The notes under the pieces were generated by a model that was not told the origin of the DNA, made no database searches, and saw only the letters and a program-made list of their open reading frames with translations. From the NCBI RefSeq assembly GCF_006345805.1, contig NC_043014.1:434001-498000 (forward strand): a DNA stretch of 64,000 nt, written 5' to 3'. A program made the position numbers and the translations under genes. This document shows positions 61,690-64,000 of the stretch, piece by piece. Positions within the stretch are counted from its first letter, which is position 1. Each line of letters opens with the position of its first letter. The DNA is from Octopus sinensis (lineage: Eukaryota).

Positions 61690-61860
61690 CATATTGTGGT
61701 TCCCAAGAGCGACTGGTCTTAAATTCCTCTGTCATCACCTGGAGGACAATGATGAAGAGGAGAGTACTGAACCTTGGTGAATGCTTACCTGCTCACAAAA
61801 TTCATCATTGAAAGTGTGGCTGACTCGTACCTTACCGACTACACCTGTGTGTGTGGCTTG
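61690..61860 (-). mobile_element. RTE LINE reverse-transcriptase fragment
   Basis: VVGKVRVSHTFNDEFCEQVSIHQGSVLS, the RT QGS.LS motif. Confidence 0.7.
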
Positions 61861-62699
61861 TATGACACTTCCACAAGCCATTTGTTTTCCCCTACCTTCA
61901 ATATAATATACATATATATGTATGTGTACACACACACACACACACACACACATACGTACATACGCACTTCTAAGCCAGCATGGAAGACAGATGGTAAGGG
62001 ATGCACACCCACACAGGCACAGTTGCACCCATATGTCACATCCACAACAAGCATTCGTGGATGTATTTGTTTGAAAGTTTGCTTTCCAACCTCATAATTT
62101 CAGGTTCAGTTCCACTGCATGCTACCTTGGGCTGGCGTATTCTGCTGTCAACTTGAGGCTGACCTACGCTTTGCAATGAATTTGGTTGATAGAAACTGTA
62201 TTAAGCATGATTTGTGTGTGTTATCATCCTTTGCTGTCCTCCTGTCCTGTGTCAGGCAGTTTGACAGAAGAAGACTCTGCTAAGACCTGCTCACTGTTTT
62301 GGCTTGGTTTCTATGGCTGGATGCTTTCCCTAATGCCAACCACTTGACTGTGTTTTATGTGGTACCAGCAGCTGTGGGATCACTAATAATGCACAAGACA
62401 AGGACCCTTCCACGAAAGTGATGGGGTCATATTGAAGGACCAAAATAGATGTCTTGCATGAAACATGGCTGCCTCAGATGAAGAGAGAAATAAGAGGAAG
62501 ATGGAAAGGACATCCACCCGAGTTACAGGGAAGTTTAATATAGTTGGATAGGGTGAATGGGTGGGTAACTTCACTAGATTGCAAAAGGAGAGGAGGAGGA
62601 GGAGGATGTAGTGAATGAGCAGAGAGAGGGAGGGGGTGTTGTGGGGAAGAGATCCAACTGGAATATATTGTGTGCAGATAGGTTTGTGAAGGAAAGTGC

Positions 62700-63010
62700 T
62701 GGTCCACATCTTACCGAGTATCCCTCTTCCACAGGTTCCCTCCATATTGGCCCTTTAAGCAGTTGTCTTCATCCAGATGCATCACAACTGATGCCCCTTG
62801 TACCCAGTTTCTAACTCAGAACATTTACACTTTGTTGCACCTGCACACTGACATTGCACATCCTGCGAGGCATGCTGGCCTTCACATGTCCTCTACATTC
62901 ACAGCCCATGTTTTTACTACCATGTAGCATAGCTGTTTGTACATAGTTATTATACTGTCTGCTTTTCACTCTGAAGGAGAGAGGCCCTTTGTTACCAACA
63001 AAACTTTCCC
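62700..63010 (-). mobile_element. RTE LINE 3' remnant
   Basis: Same LRVKGR...MLHG...WAV and VEG.CGRG..GKMW text as the other RTE copies. Confidence 0.65.
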
Positions 63011-63619
63011 TAGCTAGTTCTTTTAAATGTGTGTGTGTGTATTTCTTGTTCCTTAAGGTTGTTTTTACACCTGTTTTCCCATGCTTTCAGTAATTAGACA
63101 AGTCTATTCCTGCAGAGTATCTCACGACTTGCCAGGGATTTTTTTTATCAAATGATACAACAAAACAGGAAGCTATTTATCTTTGTGGTGTGTGTCTTAC
63201 CATTATTGTTGCCAATCATTTAACCCCTTGGGTAGGATGTATTCAATTGTGTCCCCAATATAGTCCTGCCCCTGTCTCACATAGAACCAATAAAGAAATC
63301 CACCAGTTTCTGTTGTTTAATGCTTTTTGGAATGGTTTCTAAAGCTGGCCACTCTTCCCAACTACTCTACAACTGGTACTGGAGAAGGTATTAGCCAGGA
63401 TTAAAGCCTTCTGTTTGCACTGGATCAGTCTTTATTCAGAGTTACTGTTGTCATTCATGAATTATCTTTGCTGCAAAGTCAGTGATCAACTTCTCTGTTC
63501 TGGTTGTGGGGCACCTTTGGTAGGTGTCTTTTACTATAACCCCAGGCTGACCAAGGCCTTATGAGTCAAGCTGGTTGATGGAAATCAAAAGAAGCCTATT
63601 GTATGTGTGTGTATTCTTT

Positions 63620-63770
63620 TATTTGTTTCAGTCATTTGACTGCAGCCATGCTGGAGCACCACCTTTAGTCAAATAAATCAATCCCAGGACTTATTCTTTG
63701 TAAGCCTAGTGCTTACTCTATCGATCTCTGTTACCGAACTGCTAAGTTATGGGAGCATAAACACACACTT
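63620..63770 (-). mobile_element. SINE, same family as 11157-11330
   Basis: TTGTTTCAGTCATTTGACTGCAGCCATGCTGGAGCACC...CCCAGGACTTATTCTTTGTAAGCCTAG. Confidence 0.7.
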
Positions 63771-64000
63771 GACCACTTTTACTATCGTGGAAATATTCTT
63801 CCTAATAAATTAATTTGGAACAGAGAACCGGCTCTGCCAGTTCAGCCTTTGAAAAACTGGCAAAATAAGTCTTTAAAAATAAAGAACCAACAAAACCCTG
63901 GAGCTACCAAGCTCTGTCATCTTAACATTATATTTATGATTGTGAAACCTGGACACCTCATCCTTGGTACATCAGTGGCTTAGAGCAGTTCTGTCAACAA

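Overview
Eukaryotic, AT-rich DNA dense in microsatellites, SINEs and LINE fragments. The repeat landscape and gene sequences suggest a coleoid cephalopod, most likely Octopus (inference). Three intron-containing genes on the + strand were reconstructed by hand from GT-AG boundaries with consistent phases. EMC4 is complete (5 coding exons, 9670-16637, 173 aa). NGDN/neuroguidin is complete (13 coding exons, 22223-33676, 308 aa). A BMP-type R-Smad (Smad1/5/Mad) is present only as its 5' part: the MH1 exon at 47275-47692 and a linker exon at 60037-60240, with the rest beyond the window. Not visible in the ORF track: a complete 950-bp pogo/Tigger-type element carrying an intact 59-aa Brinker-type DNA-binding ORF about 12 kb upstream of Smad1/5; a decayed COA1 retrocopy in EMC4 intron 1; a candidate antisense first exon ending in ATG|GTAAGG and overlapping Mad/Medea-like motifs; nested SINEs with intact target-site duplications; and long fold-back hairpins. 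Remnants of mariner, RTE, CRE, Penelope-like and piggyBac-like elements are also present. No rRNA, tRNA gene or CRISPR array was found. Repeat boundaries are approximate unless a TSD or TIR is quoted.
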